Below, in pieces: positions 22,929-40,583 of a stretch of DNA of 64,000 nt. Position numbers and translations under genes: made by a program. Location: NCBI GenBank assembly GCA_028866155.1, contig JAGWIT010000001.1, positions 165-64,164 of the forward strand, written 5' to 3'. The notes under the pieces were generated by a model. That model did no database searches, was not told the origin of the DNA, and was given only the letters and a program-made list of their open reading frames with translations. Positions within the stretch are counted from its first letter, which is position 1; every line of letters starts with the position of its first letter. This DNA is from Patescibacteria group bacterium. GTDB taxonomy: Bacteria; Patescibacteriota; Minisyncoccia; Phycocordibacterales; SBAW01.

Positions 22929-24212
22929 TTAATAACTCCGTAGTCTTTTTGCCTTTTCGTGCGTGCGGATGCGCTCGAGAGCTTTAGCCTCTATTTGGCG
23001 GATACGCTCGCGCGTGACGCCAAACTTTTTGCCCACCTCCTCAAGCGTGTGGTAGATGCCGTCCTCAAGACCGTGGCGCAGTTTGAGTATCTCGCGTTCT
23101 TTTGGCGAGAGTTCGTCGAGGATCTCCCGCAACTGGTCGGCCAAAATGCGGCGCGCCACCTCCTGGTCGGGCGAGAGAATTTTGTCGTCTTTGATGAAGT
23201 CGCCGAGCGTCGACTTGCCGTCGCCGTCATCGTCGCCGACCGGACTCTCGAGCGAGACCGTATCCTGATCTATCTTTTCTATCTGGTAGACCTTCTCGAC
23301 ATCGATGCCCATCTCAAGCGCTATCTCCTCGGCCAGAGGGTCGCGGCCGAGATCCTGGCTGAGACGCCGCGAGACCTGCTTGTACTTGGCAATGGTCTCG
23401 ACCATGTGTACGGGGATGCGGATGGTGCGGCTTTGGTCCGCCAAAGCGCGCGTAATGGCCTGGCGGATCCACCACGTCGCATAGGTAGAAAACTTGTAGC
23501 CTTTGGTGTAGTCAAACTTATCGACCGCCTTAAAGAGGCCGAGGTTGCCTTCCTGTATGAGGTCAAGCAAGGTGAGGTCGGGCGAGCGACCGACATATTT
23601 TTTGGCAATAGACACGACGAGGCGCAGATTGGCGCGCGCCAAGAGGTTCCTCGCCTCGCTGTCGCCCTCGGTGATGCGCTTGGCGAGATCGCGCTCGGAC
23701 TGCGCGTTGAGGAGCGGGTACTTGCCTATCTCACGCAGGTACATTTGTATCGAGTCGTACTGCGAGTCCGAGCGGGAGTAACCCTTCTCGGCTACCGCTT
23801 CATTTATTTCGAGCATGCCGCCGCCTTCGAGCACGTCGATGCCGGCGGTCGCGAACTTTTCATACAGCTCTTCAAGAAAGACCACGTCGCTCTCTATCGT
23901 CGGGAAGCTCTTGAGTATCTCGTCATAGGTGACGAAGCCGCGCTGGCGGCCGCTGGCCATCAGCGCCTCGGCCTTCTTGTCCTGCTCCTGCGCTTTTTTG
24001 AGGAGCTTGGGGCTCAGGGGCGAGACTATTTTCCCCGACGCTTTGGTGGTCCCGACCTTGCGTCGGGACTTAGACGCAAGCTTTGCCTGCCCGCGGATGC
24101 GGGACGCGGCCAGGGAGCGCCGCTTCGCGGCGCTAAGTCTAAATTTGCGCGCCTTAGCGCTCGCGGTTTTGCCCTTCCGCGATTTTTTGCCTGCCGCCTT
24201 CTTTTTCGCCAT
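22929..24212 (-). CDS. rpoD: Primary sigma-70 factor with basic N-terminal extension
   Basis: [45 protein letters not shown]. Confidence 0.97.
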   Translation of the reverse strand: MAKKKAAGKKSRKGKTASAKARKFRLSAAKRRSLAASRIRGQAKLASKSRRKVGTTKASGKIVSPLSPKLLKKAQEQDKKAEALMASGRQRGFVTYDEILKSFPTIESDVVFLEELYEKFATAGIDVLEGGGMLEINEAVAEKGYSRSDSQYDSIQMYLREIGKYPLLNAQSERDLAKRITEGDSEARNLLARANLRLVVSIAKKYVGRSPDLTLLDLIQEGNLGLFKAVDKFDYTKGYKFSTYATWWIRQAITRALADQSRTIRIPVHMVETIAKYKQVSRRLSQDLGRDPLAEEIALEMGIDVEKVYQIEKIDQDTVSLESPVGDDDGDGKSTLGDFIKDDKILSPDQEVARRILADQLREILDELSPKEREILKLRHGLEDGIYHTLEEVGKKFGVTRERIRQIEAKALERIRTHEKAKRLRSY

Positions 24213-24249
24213 TTTCACCATTATATCACACAAGCCCCGCAGAGGGAAG

Positions 24250-25968
24250 CTATTTGCGCAGTTCCTGCTGGCGACGCTTGAGGAAAGAAAGCTTATGGAG
24301 CAGACTCTTCTGGTCGCTCCCTGTTTCATGCAGTTGATGCTGGACGAGGTTCATTTCTTCTTCAAGCTGGGAGCGCTCTATCGTATCGAATAATGATTGT
24401 TTAGCGGCTGCCGTTTCTTCCCCTAATGACTCAAATAGGAAGCGCAGCGCCTCGGCCTCGGGCTCCAATTGTTTTTGTATGGAGGCGTACCGCTCTTCGC
24501 CGAGCAAACCGGAGAGCTTCTTTTGCAATTCCGCGTCATGTGGAAAATAAAAGATGAGCATGCCGGCGGCTTTTTCGAGATTGGTGCGCTCCGCCGTTTG
24601 CAAGGGAGCGGGTTCTGTTTCTTCAATATGCAGCGCGGGTTTTTTTGCTACTTCTGCGCGGACCGCCGCCTCAGACACCTCTAGCCGCGAAGCAGTAATG
24701 CGGACAAAATGCTCCTGCTCTATCGCGCTCTGGAGCGCGGCAATAAGTGGGAGCACCCGGGACTCGGCCAATTTTTTATATGCGCGTTCGTCTTTGGCCT
24801 GCGGGCGCAGTACATCCAAAAAGAACTCTATCGCCGTTTTAGAGGTCCGCACCGCGGCCTTAAGAAGCTCGGGGTTCTCTTTGGCGACATCGGCCGGATC
24901 CTTGCCCTCGGGGAGGGCTGGCACTTTGACATCAAAGCCGTGCGAGTATGCCATCAGCGTGCTTTTGAGCCCTGCGCGTATTCCCGCCGAGTCGGCATCG
25001 AGCGCCAGCACCAAACGCTTGCTAAGCCTGCCGAGGAGCGAGAGATGCTCGTCGGTGAGCGCCGTGCCGGAAATCGCGACCGTAAATGGCAAACCCGATT
25101 GGTGAGACATCACGACGTCGAACTGCCCCTCGACGAGCAGGATGCAGTCAGCCTTGCGGATAAAATTTTTGGCGATGTGGAGCCCATAGAGCATGCGCGA
25201 TTTTTTAAACAGCGCGGTCTCGGGGCTGTTGACGTATTTTGCGGGTTCAGCCCGCGGCTCGGCATCAGTTTTGCGCGCATCGCCAGGCATATCTTCAAAA
25301 AATCTGCCTGAGAACGCGATGACCTTGCCGTTCATGTCAAACAGCGGGAACATGATGCGCCCGCGAAACCGGTCGTAGATATTCCCCGGGGTTGAACCTC
25401 TATCCGCGAGGTTCGACCTCGCGGGATCAATTGCCAGCCCAGCATCAACTATCTCGTCCTTTTTAAATTCGAGTGACGCCAAATGTTCCGTCAATTCGCG
25501 CCAGCTTGCCGGCGCATAACCGAGACGCCACGTCTTAGTAGTATCATCATGCACGCCGCGCGCGCGGATATAGTCGGCGACATCTTTGCGCCCTGCCAAC
25601 TTGGACTCAAAAAAAACCGTGGCGGCCTCAAGCACATCTTTCAATCTTTCGTCATGCTCTTTGTGCTCGGGTGCCGGAGCGAAGTTCTTTTTCAACTTCA
25701 CGCCCGCTTTTTCGGCAAGCTGCTTTAAAGCGGTCGGGAAGTCAACACCGTCCATTTTTTGGACAAAAGAAAAAATATCGCCCTTTTCGCCGCATCCAAA
25801 ACACATGTAGGTGCCCCTCTCGGGGCTTACCATGAACGATGGCGTGCGCTCTTTGTGGAAGGGGCACTTGGCGCGAAAATTCCTCCCCGCGCGCTGGAGT
25901 TGTACGTACTGCCCCACCACATCATTGATGCTGAGCTTATTCTTAATTTCCTGAACTTGGGAGTCCAT
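24250..25968 (-). CDS. dnaG: DNA primase
   Basis: CPFH...CFGC zinc finger, [20 protein letters not shown]. Confidence 0.97.
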   Translation of the reverse strand: MDSQVQEIKNKLSINDVVGQYVQLQRAGRNFRAKCPFHKERTPSFMVSPERGTYMCFGCGEKGDIFSFVQKMDGVDFPTALKQLAEKAGVKLKKNFAPAPEHKEHDERLKDVLEAATVFFESKLAGRKDVADYIRARGVHDDTTKTWRLGYAPASWRELTEHLASLEFKKDEIVDAGLAIDPARSNLADRGSTPGNIYDRFRGRIMFPLFDMNGKVIAFSGRFFEDMPGDARKTDAEPRAEPAKYVNSPETALFKKSRMLYGLHIAKNFIRKADCILLVEGQFDVVMSHQSGLPFTVAISGTALTDEHLSLLGRLSKRLVLALDADSAGIRAGLKSTLMAYSHGFDVKVPALPEGKDPADVAKENPELLKAAVRTSKTAIEFFLDVLRPQAKDERAYKKLAESRVLPLIAALQSAIEQEHFVRITASRLEVSEAAVRAEVAKKPALHIEETEPAPLQTAERTNLEKAAGMLIFYFPHDAELQKKLSGLLGEERYASIQKQLEPEAEALRFLFESLGEETAAAKQSLFDTIERSQLEEEMNLVQHQLHETGSDQKSLLHKLSFLKRRQQELRK

Positions 25969-26110
25969 AGACTTATAGTCTACTCTTTTTGGTCCTTTCG
26001 CTTGTACTTGACATTAGTGAAAAGTAAATGTTAAAACAAAGCCGGAGTTCGTCTGGGGCGCTGTAATCTCTACAGCGTGAGAGGCAAATCCAATAGCAGG
26101 AGCATTGAAA

Positions 26111-26806
26111 ATGTCAAAGAAGAGAACTTCCTCTATCGTGAGCGGAGCAGGTTTCGCCGCTGCATTTTGGCAAACCCTAGATCTGGCTGTCCGACAACGA
26201 GACGGCACCGACGAAGATATCTATCACATAGGAACCGACGGCGGTTCTCGATTGATTAACCAGTTTGCCGACCTGATTATGGGAGCGAGATTGGTGACCG
26301 TCCGGGAGTGGCAAACGTGGCGAAAAGTAACCATCGGGACTCACTCGGGCTTAGCTGCGTTGGCGTGGGAAGCTCAAGGAACTTTCCAAGTCAAAAAGGG
26401 GTCGCATACGCAAATCCTCCTCGAATATCTTGCTGAAAAGGAACCCTTTGCTGTCGCTTCCTCTTCGCAAGAATTGGAGCTAATTGTGGTGACCGTGCGA
26501 GGGCTCGATTTATGCAATCCATATAGCTCCTATGCGTCCATCTGCATCCGGGCTCAAGAATTTGGATTGTCCCTTTGCCCGCCAGAAGTGGCTCTTCAGC
26601 TCTGTTTACAACACAATTGGGAGCCGTGGCTGAATTATGTGCTGATTGGCTCCGAATTGTTCCGTCTCAACCACGGTTACCCTAAGTACCTCTTTCAGCT
26701 CCGCAAATCAAAAGAAGAATCGCGGGAAATTGAATTTCGGGAAATAAGTTATGACTCGAATGAATTCCCCGGACATACACCTTTCGTATTTGTACGCAAC
26801 AAATAG
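26111..26806 (+). CDS. Hypothetical protein
   Basis: Long ORF, AGGAG upstream, lower GC than neighbours. Confidence 0.7.
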   Translation: MSKKRTSSIVSGAGFAAAFWQTLDLAVRQRDGTDEDIYHIGTDGGSRLINQFADLIMGARLVTVREWQTWRKVTIGTHSGLAALAWEAQGTFQVKKGSHTQILLEYLAEKEPFAVASSSQELELIVVTVRGLDLCNPYSSYASICIRAQEFGLSLCPPEVALQLCLQHNWEPWLNYVLIGSELFRLNHGYPKYLFQLRKSKEESREIEFREISYDSNEFPGHTPFVFVRNK

Positions 26807-26825
26807 ACCAAGCGTCATAATGTCA

Positions 26826-26861
26826 AAACGCCGCCCGGGTAGTCCGGACGGCGTCTTTTTC
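26826..26861. terminator. Bidirectional intrinsic terminator
   Basis: AAAACGCCGCCCGG-gtagt-CCGGACGGCGTCTTTTT between convergent genes. Confidence 0.75.
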
Positions 26862-26871
26862 ATAATAATTT

Positions 26872-33750
<6,879 letters not shown>

Positions 33751-33967
33751 AGAGTTTTATACTAGGGGCCTTAGTAATTCGAACTTCTACTTTTTAAAAA
33801 GAATCAAGACTGTTATGCACAGTGTCAAAACACGAAAAGTCGGGGCGCATATAAAGCTCCCCTGCTCGATTCCTCAAGCGTGTGGTTTTATCCTCCCACC
33901 TCTATTGATTTGTATCGAAACCCCGCTCTCGATACTCAGTCGTTACCCTGCCCTGGTTTCGCTCTCT

Positions 33968-33995
33968 AGTATAGCAAACAGGGTTTGGCTGTCAA
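33968..33995 (-). promoter_or_regulatory. Sigma-70 promoter of rpoBC
   Basis: TTGACA-N16-TATACT on - strand. Confidence 0.7.
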
Positions 33996-34003
33996 ATAGG
34001 CAA

Positions 34004-34651
34004 TTATCCCCTGCTTTTATGGCCTTTCCTTAATTTCCACTGGTCTATTTTTGCCCGGTGACCGGAGAGGAGGATTTTGGGGACCTTATATGACTTGCCT
34101 TTGTGTTTGAGAACCTCGGGGCGGGTGTAGACTTCATGACTGACCACGCGCGACTCTTCAAGCGACTCAAATTTGCCGAGCACTCCCTTAATTTGCCGCG
34201 CGGTGGCGTCGATGATGGCGAGCGCGGGCACTTCGCCGCCAGTCAAGATATAGGGGCCGATTGACACCTCCTCGGCCTTTAAAATTTTTTTGGCGCGGGC
34301 GTCGATGCCCTCATACCGGCCGCAAATAATAATAACGTCTTTTTCTTTGGCGAGTTTTTTGGCATAGGCGTTGGTCAGCGGCTTGCCATTGGGCGAAGTT
34401 ATCAACACTTTCATCTTCTTCCCTTTTCGAATCTTCTCAACCGCTTTGATGACCGGCTCGGCCTGCAACACCATCCCCGGGCCGCCGCCATAAGGCCGCT
34501 CGTCAGCCTTGCCCCATTTGTTGCTAACAAAATCCCGCAGTTGGTAGATCTTCACTGCTAGCAGTTTATCTTTTTGTGCACGCCCCAAAATCGACGCCGT
34601 GACATAGGAGTCGATAACCTCAGGAAAAAGGGTTATTACATGAAATTTCAT
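34004..34651 (-). CDS. trmD: tRNA (guanine-N1)-methyltransferase
   Basis: PYGGGPGMV, CGRYEGID, SIGPYILTGGE. Confidence 0.96.
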   Translation of the reverse strand: MKFHVITLFPEVIDSYVTASILGRAQKDKLLAVKIYQLRDFVSNKWGKADERPYGGGPGMVLQAEPVIKAVEKIRKGKKMKVLITSPNGKPLTNAYAKKLAKEKDVIIICGRYEGIDARAKKILKAEEVSIGPYILTGGEVPALAIIDATARQIKGVLGKFESLEESRVVSHEVYTRPEVLKHKGKSYKVPKILLSGHRAKIDQWKLRKGHKSRG

Positions 34652-34663
34652 GCGCCTACAGTA

Positions 34664-35281
34664 CTACGCTTCGTAAAAAACGCTACGCTCGACCATGTCT
34701 TTGGTGAGCACATCTACAAACCGCATCATTATGGGGTAATTTTTTGCCGCTTTAACTTTATTCCCTAGATGCATCTCAAGAGTAACTTTAAGGCGCTTTA
34801 TCGATTGCTCATTAACCGGGTCGAGCAACTCAAAGAGCGGTTCAATTTTATCAAGCGCATTTGCGAATAGCGCTTCGGGGCTCAGGTGTTCTTCATATTC
34901 ATGCCACGCGTCAAAACCGACTCTTTGCAAAGACGGCGGGAGTAAAGCAAAAATTTCTTTTGCGGCTTCTTTCTCCCTTTCTTCATGTTCTTTTGTCTTA
35001 TGGTAGGTTACGGCGTCGCCGTATTTTATCTCTCCAAAATCATGAAAAAGGAGTATGCGGGACAACTTCCCTGCGTCGAGCGTCGGGCCAATGGGCTCAT
35101 GGAGCAGAAAATATTGAGCAAGAAATATGAGGCCGAACACGTGCTCGGCGACCGACTCATTGTGGGCAGCCAGGTCCCGCTTTGAGGCATAGCGGATGGT
35201 CCGCTTAAGTCCAAAAGCCACCCGCAGTTGATGAGCCTCTTTTAGAATCTCTTCATCTGACATATCCAGTACTTTTTTCAT
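34664..35281 (-). CDS. HD-domain hydrolase (YfbR/HDDC2-like)
   Basis: ESVAEH, HDFGE, ALDKIE. Confidence 0.85.
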   Translation of the reverse strand: MKKVLDMSDEEILKEAHQLRVAFGLKRTIRYASKRDLAAHNESVAEHVFGLIFLAQYFLLHEPIGPTLDAGKLSRILLFHDFGEIKYGDAVTYHKTKEHEEREKEAAKEIFALLPPSLQRVGFDAWHEYEEHLSPEALFANALDKIEPLFELLDPVNEQSIKRLKVTLEMHLGNKVKAAKNYPIMMRFVDVLTKDMVERSVFYEA

Positions 35282-35343
35282 ACAAAAAATCCGCACCACT
35301 ACTGTAGCGCGGATTTTATTTTCTGTCAGTTTTTAAAAAGAAA

Positions 35344-35706
35344 CTAGAACTTCGAGAGGTCTTCCATTGCCTCGTCGACCGACTTCATCGCCGGAGTCGC
35401 GGGCGCTTCGTGGCTGCCGTCCCAGCCCTGCTCGGCACTACCCATGCCGCGGGTCGAACCTGCCGGCTCGTTTATTTTGAGATTCACGCGGGCATTGTGC
35501 TTCATCCCCACGACGCGAAGCAGGGTGCGGATAGCCTTGGCGGTATTGCCCGAGCGGCCGATGACCTTGCCCATATCGTCGGCATTGAGGTCGAGCGTAA
35601 GCAAAACGCCCATCTCGTCGACTGTGCGACCTATCTTGACGTCCTCCGGATGCTCGACCAACCCTTTGACCACAAACTCCAAAAAATCCTGATCTTTCTC
35701 TGCCAT
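35344..35706 (-). CDS. khpA: KH-domain RNA-binding protein
   Basis: DMGKVIGRSGNTAKAIR; directly downstream of rpsP. Confidence 0.9.
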   Translation of the reverse strand: MAEKDQDFLEFVVKGLVEHPEDVKIGRTVDEMGVLLTLDLNADDMGKVIGRSGNTAKAIRTLLRVVGMKHNARVNLKINEPAGSTRGMGSAEQGWDGSHEAPATPAMKSVDEAMEDLSKF

Positions 35707-35745
35707 CGCTGTATATTTAATTGAGTAAGCAACCCAACGGTAATT

Positions 35746-36081
35746 TTATTCTTTCGGGACCTCTTCCACAACGTCGTTACTCACAGGGGCTTCATCCGTC
35801 GCAGGTGCCGCTTTGAACTTCGGTAAAATATTTATCTTTTTGGCGTCGATTATTTTGTTTGACACAAGCAAATTGTGTACGGTGTCGCTCACCTGCGCGC
35901 CCTGGCTCATCCAGTGTTTAATGCGCTCGGCCTTGAACTCGACGCGGTCGGCCCGGGGGTCATAGGAGCCGAGCATCTCGAGATAGTTGCCGGCCTTAAC
36001 CTTGCGCTTTGAATCAATGACAATAACCCTAAAAGAAGGGTCGTTCTTGCGGCCAACGCGGGTGAGGCGGATAGTAAGCAT
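35746..36081 (-). CDS. rpsP: 30S ribosomal protein S16
   Basis: MLTIRLTRVGRKN...GSYDP...GAQVSDTV. Confidence 0.97.
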   Translation of the reverse strand: MLTIRLTRVGRKNDPSFRVIVIDSKRKVKAGNYLEMLGSYDPRADRVEFKAERIKHWMSQGAQVSDTVHNLLVSNKIIDAKKINILPKFKAAPATDEAPVSNDVVEEVPKE

Positions 36082-36166
36082 ATGTGGGCAACACTCTATC
36101 AAATAGACACGCTAAGGTCAATAAGCCTTTTTATTTTAAAGGATTCGTGGTATACTGTTTTTAATA

Positions 36167-38146
36167 ATGTCTCGCAGAAGCAACCGCAAAGAAGCAGGCC
36201 CAAACGGCGATGCTCCCAAGAAACATATCTCCGGCGTCATACAAATCACCCGCAGCGGACGGGCTTTTTTGCCGTGGCCCGAGGAGCCAGAGAAAGAAGA
36301 TATTGAGATACAAAAAGAGCACCTGTGCGGCGCTTTAAACGGCGATACGGTCGAAGTTGCATTAACCAGTTTATTCCCAAGACCAAAAGGCAAAGTCGCC
36401 AAAGTGCTCGAGCGCGCCAAAGAAGAATTTGTCGCGACCCTTCGACAGGCTCAGGGCAAGCTTGTTGCGATTCCCGACGATGTTAAATTTTACCGGCCCA
36501 TCCGTCTCTCCGCCGAGAGCCGCTATGCAGAAGGAGAGAAAGTGCTCGTCCGTTTACTTTCGTTTACCGGCACCGAAGACCCCACAGGCACGATTATTGA
36601 ACACCTCGGCCGCGCGGGCGAGCATCGGGTGGAGATGAACGCCATCGTGCTTGAGCACGGGTTTCGCGTCGAGTTCTCCGAGGCCGTGCTCAATGAAGCG
36701 CGCGAGATAGAGAAGAATCACGCGGCAACCATCGCCAAAGAGGCTCCTCATCGCGCGGACTTTCGCGACGCGGTGACCTTCACCATCGACCCCGTCGACG
36801 CCAAAGACTTCGACGACGCGCTGTCGGTGCTCGAGCTCCCCAACGGGGAAATAGAAATAGGCGTGCATATCGCCGACGCCACCTACTTTTGCGTACCCGG
36901 CACCGCGATAGACGATGAGGCAAAAAAACGCGGCACGAGCGTCTACCTCGTCGATGCGACCATCCCGATGCTCCCGCATGAACTGAGCGGCAACGTCTGC
37001 TCGCTTAAAGCCGGCGAAGACCGGCTCGCTTTCTCGGCCGTCTTCCGGATGAACGCCAAAGGCGAGGTGCTTTCGCGCAAGTTCGAGAAATCCATCATCC
37101 GCTCCAACAAACGCTTTACTTACGAAGAAGCGCAAGAAATTTTAAACAAAGAGAAGGGAGAATACGTGCGCGAACTTCTTATATTGCGTTCACTTGCTCG
37201 CGTATTACGCTCACGGCGCGAACGCGACGGCGCGATAGACTTCGGCGACAATGAGGTGCGGTTTATTTTGGACGAACAGGGCAAACCGCTCAAAGTGGTG
37301 CGCAAGGAGCGCATAGAGACCAACCTCCTTATCGAGGAGTTCATGCTGCTGTGCAACCGCGAGGTGTCGGAGTTTGTCTCAAAGCTCGCCGAGAACGTGC
37401 CCGAAAAAAATTATATATTCCTGTATCGCATCCACGATGAGCCCAAAGCAGACCGCATCGAGGAGCTTGCAACCTTTGTCCGCGCGGTCGGCTACGACTT
37501 TGCCCACCCTGGCCGGGCAGGCAAAAAAAAGAAGCCCAGCGCCAAGGACATCCAAAAACTGCTCAGGGAGATCGCCGGTAAGCCCGAGGAGCATCTTATC
37601 CGCACGGCAACGCTCAGAAGCATGGCCAAGGCCATTTACTCGACCAAAAATATCGGGCACTTCGGCCTGTCATTCAAATATTACACGCAGTTCACCTCAC
37701 CCATACGCCGCTACCCCGACATGCTCGCGCACCGGATATTAGAGAGCCACTTAAACGGCAAGCCAATCACGCGCAGCGAATATACGCACCTCGAGAAGAT
37801 GTGCCTGACTGCGAGCGAGCAGGAGGCAAAGGCGGTCGACGCCGAGCGCGAGTCCATCCGCTACAAACAGGTCGAGTATATGCTCGGCAAAGTGGGCCAG
37901 ACGTTCGACGCCACGATAAGCGGCGTCACCGACTGGGGCTTGTATGTCGAGGACAAAGAGAGCGCCGCCGAGGGTTTGGTGCGCGTGCGCAGTTTGGGCG
38001 ATGATTTTTACAACTATTCGCAAAAAGAATACGCGCTGATAGGCCAGCGCAGCAAAAAAAAGTACGCGCTGGGGGATTCCCTGCACGTAAAGTTGGTTGC
38101 CGCCGATTTAGCGACGCGCCAATTGGATTTTGAACTGGCACACTAG
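36167..38146 (+). CDS. rnr: Ribonuclease R
   Basis: TIDPVDAKDFDDA, IEEFML, FTSPIRRYPD, C-terminal S1 domain. Confidence 0.95.
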   Translation: MSRRSNRKEAGPNGDAPKKHISGVIQITRSGRAFLPWPEEPEKEDIEIQKEHLCGALNGDTVEVALTSLFPRPKGKVAKVLERAKEEFVATLRQAQGKLVAIPDDVKFYRPIRLSAESRYAEGEKVLVRLLSFTGTEDPTGTIIEHLGRAGEHRVEMNAIVLEHGFRVEFSEAVLNEAREIEKNHAATIAKEAPHRADFRDAVTFTIDPVDAKDFDDALSVLELPNGEIEIGVHIADATYFCVPGTAIDDEAKKRGTSVYLVDATIPMLPHELSGNVCSLKAGEDRLAFSAVFRMNAKGEVLSRKFEKSIIRSNKRFTYEEAQEILNKEKGEYVRELLILRSLARVLRSRRERDGAIDFGDNEVRFILDEQGKPLKVVRKERIETNLLIEEFMLLCNREVSEFVSKLAENVPEKNYIFLYRIHDEPKADRIEELATFVRAVGYDFAHPGRAGKKKKPSAKDIQKLLREIAGKPEEHLIRTATLRSMAKAIYSTKNIGHFGLSFKYYTQFTSPIRRYPDMLAHRILESHLNGKPITRSEYTHLEKMCLTASEQEAKAVDAERESIRYKQVEYMLGKVGQTFDATISGVTDWGLYVEDKESAAEGLVRVRSLGDDFYNYSQKEYALIGQRSKKKYALGDSLHVKLVAADLATRQLDFELAH

Positions 38147-38253
38147 TCGTCCTTAGCTTCCCGCACATCAGGGGGCGGGTCTCCCTCATCTCTCAAAACA
38201 CGATTGCGAAGCTCGCGTTCGTCTATCCTTTCTTCCCGTTCGTCCTTATCCAC
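38143..38253 (-). CDS. Putative 36-aa acidic small protein
   Basis: AGGAGG then GTG; MDKDEREERIDERELRNRVLRDEGDPPPDVREAKDD*. Confidence 0.4.
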   Translation of the reverse strand: MDKDEREERIDERELRNRVLRDEGDPPPDVREAKDD

Positions 38254-38317
38254 CAAGCCCTCCTATCGAGTGGATACGCACCTACAATGAACCTCACCCA
38301 TTAAATCATTTTTTATT

Positions 38318-40573
38318 TTACTTCGCGACTGCCAGCGCCTCGTCAAATTTGACTGATAACAGTTTTGAGACGCCGTCTTGGCCCATCGTGACGCCGTAGA
38401 GGATGCCCGCGCGGCTCATCGTCTCGCGGTTGTGCGTGATAACAATAAGCTGGCTGTGCTGTGCGAGCGTCTCAACCATGTCGCCGTAGCGGCGCGAGTT
38501 GGCTTCGTCGAGCGCCGCGTCGGTCTCGTCAAGAATAAGAAACGGCGGCGGGTTGACCTGCGACATCGCGAAGATGAGCGCTATTGAGGTGAGCGCACGC
38601 TCGCCGCCCGAGAGCATGTGGAGCCCTTTAACACGCTTGTGCGGGAGCGAGATAGTGATATCGACGCCTTCTTCAACTTCGATATCTTCTTCATCCGCTT
38701 CTTCATCTTTGAGCTCCGCTGCGTCCGCCGAAACCTTGGAGTAGGAGGAACGCAGTTTTTTTTCTTTGACGGTCTGCAGCATTGCCGAGCCGCCACCGAA
38801 CATAAGCTTGAAGAATTTGTCGAACTCGCCGTTTATTTTGCCTATCCCGTCGACAAAGCGCAGTTCGAGCGTCTTGGTGAGTTCGGCTATAAGCGCGCGC
38901 AACTGCTCGGCCGAGTCGTTGAGGTCGGCAAGCTCGCAGCTCAGAAACTGGTCGCGCTCGCTCGTTTCTTTAAACTCTTTGAGCACCTCGGTGTGATTGC
39001 CGGTGCCTACCTCCTCGAGCTTGATGATAAGCCGCTGCAATTTGCGGCGGCGCTCTTCCTGCACTTGGCGGTCTTCGTCGGCGATGTCCGCATCAGACAC
39101 CGCTTCCCCGCTGTTGTTGCGAACGACAGGCGAGTCATAGTCTATTGCCGCGCCGGCGAGCGCGCTTGCCTCACCGAGTTCGCGCTTAAAGTTCTCCTCC
39201 TCGCGGCTCAGAAGCTCCTCGCGGCCCTTCAGCGACGCGAGCACCGCCTCAAGTTCGCTGCGCCGGCTCATTGCGGCAAACAACTCGCGCTCGGCGTCGC
39301 GCGAGGCGTCCTTCTCGCTCTCGATGCTACGGCGCAGAGCTTCGGTAGCTTTGCGCACGCGCTCTTCCTGTGCCCCAAGTTCGTGCATTTCTTTTTCAAG
39401 CGCGGATTTTTTGGCGGCTAGAGCGCCTTTGTTATTTTCAGCCCTATCTTCCGGGCGGCTCTGGATCCGGCGCATGAACTCCTTCGCCAAAATCACGAGC
39501 GCGTTCAGCTTGGTTTTGAGCCGCTCTATTTCGCTCAAGGCAAGAGTCTGCTCCAGTTCACTTAATACTCGTTCGGCAAACGTGCGCGCCTCTTCCGCAG
39601 GGATGCTTTCCTCAACCGCGCCGCTCAAGCGCTCAAGCGCCCTCAGCTCGCCTTCGATACGGCCCAATTCGCGCGATATCTCATCGCGCCGCATGCGCAG
39701 GTTGCGGCCCTCTTCCTCAAGCCGCATAAGCTCCTGCGTGCCGGCGTCCTTGCCGTGCGTTTTGGCAAGCTCGTCGCGCAAGTGCTTTATTTTGTGCTCG
39801 AGTTCTTGATGGAGGCGTGCGGGCTCGTCGCGCTCATCGACGAGCAATGCGGCCGTGATGCGCAGATACACGCTCTCGCGTTTTAAATATTCGGCGTATT
39901 TTTGGGCCACGTCATCGCGCAGAGCGTGCGACTCCTCTATCTTTTTGACCTGCGCCTGCAAGAATTTTAGATGGGGAGTAAGCTCACGGCGAGAGACCTC
40001 GACCTCGCGCATATTCTCCCCCGTCTTCTCGAGCTTTCGCTCGGCCTCTTCTCTTTTATACAAATAGGCGGTCAGTCCGAGCGCGTCTTCTATCATCTCG
40101 CGGCGCTCGATGAGCGTCGCGGTCAAAACGCGGTCGGCCTCGCCCTGCGAGATGATGTGGTGCCCGCTTGCTCCGATATTTGCCTGGCTCAAAAGCTCGG
40201 CGATATCGCGCAGGCGCACCACCGAGCCGTTGAGCATATATTCATTGATGCCGCTGCGGTGCACCACGCGCTCGAGCGACACTTCGTCAAAGTCCAAGTT
40301 CAATGCGCGATCGCTGTTGTCAAACACAAGCTTCACCGAAGCGCGGCCCGCCCGTGGCGAGGCGGCCGAACCATTCCAAATCAAATCCTCGCCACGCTTG
40401 CCGCGCATAGACTTCATCGACTGCTCGCCGAGCACAAAGCGGAAGCTCTCGGCAATATTTGATTTGCCCGAGCCGTTGGGCCCCACCACCGAGGTAATAG
40501 CCGAGCCAAACTCCAACTGAGTCTTTTTGGCAAAGGATTTAAACCCCGCAAGTTCGATGCTTTTGAGCCGCAT
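38318..40573 (-). CDS. smc: SMC-family ATPase, short (751 aa)
   Basis: GFKSF, GPNGSGKSN, VLGEQS, LSGGE, LDETDAALD; follows rnc as in rnc-smc operons. Confidence 0.9.
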   Translation of the reverse strand: MRLKSIELAGFKSFAKKTQLEFGSAITSVVGPNGSGKSNIAESFRFVLGEQSMKSMRGKRGEDLIWNGSAASPRAGRASVKLVFDNSDRALNLDFDEVSLERVVHRSGINEYMLNGSVVRLRDIAELLSQANIGASGHHIISQGEADRVLTATLIERREMIEDALGLTAYLYKREEAERKLEKTGENMREVEVSRRELTPHLKFLQAQVKKIEESHALRDDVAQKYAEYLKRESVYLRITAALLVDERDEPARLHQELEHKIKHLRDELAKTHGKDAGTQELMRLEEEGRNLRMRRDEISRELGRIEGELRALERLSGAVEESIPAEEARTFAERVLSELEQTLALSEIERLKTKLNALVILAKEFMRRIQSRPEDRAENNKGALAAKKSALEKEMHELGAQEERVRKATEALRRSIESEKDASRDAERELFAAMSRRSELEAVLASLKGREELLSREEENFKRELGEASALAGAAIDYDSPVVRNNSGEAVSDADIADEDRQVQEERRRKLQRLIIKLEEVGTGNHTEVLKEFKETSERDQFLSCELADLNDSAEQLRALIAELTKTLELRFVDGIGKINGEFDKFFKLMFGGGSAMLQTVKEKKLRSSYSKVSADAAELKDEEADEEDIEVEEGVDITISLPHKRVKGLHMLSGGERALTSIALIFAMSQVNPPPFLILDETDAALDEANSRRYGDMVETLAQHSQLIVITHNRETMSRAGILYGVTMGQDGVSKLLSVKFDEALAVAK

Positions 40574-40583
40574 TTAAACTATT

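Noticed and set aside
22959-24281. 440-aa ORF antisense to rpoD, and similar long ORFs antisense to nrdA, rpoBC, smc and the GT genes
   Set aside because: Shadow frames expected from GC-rich codon usage; no motifs or start signals.
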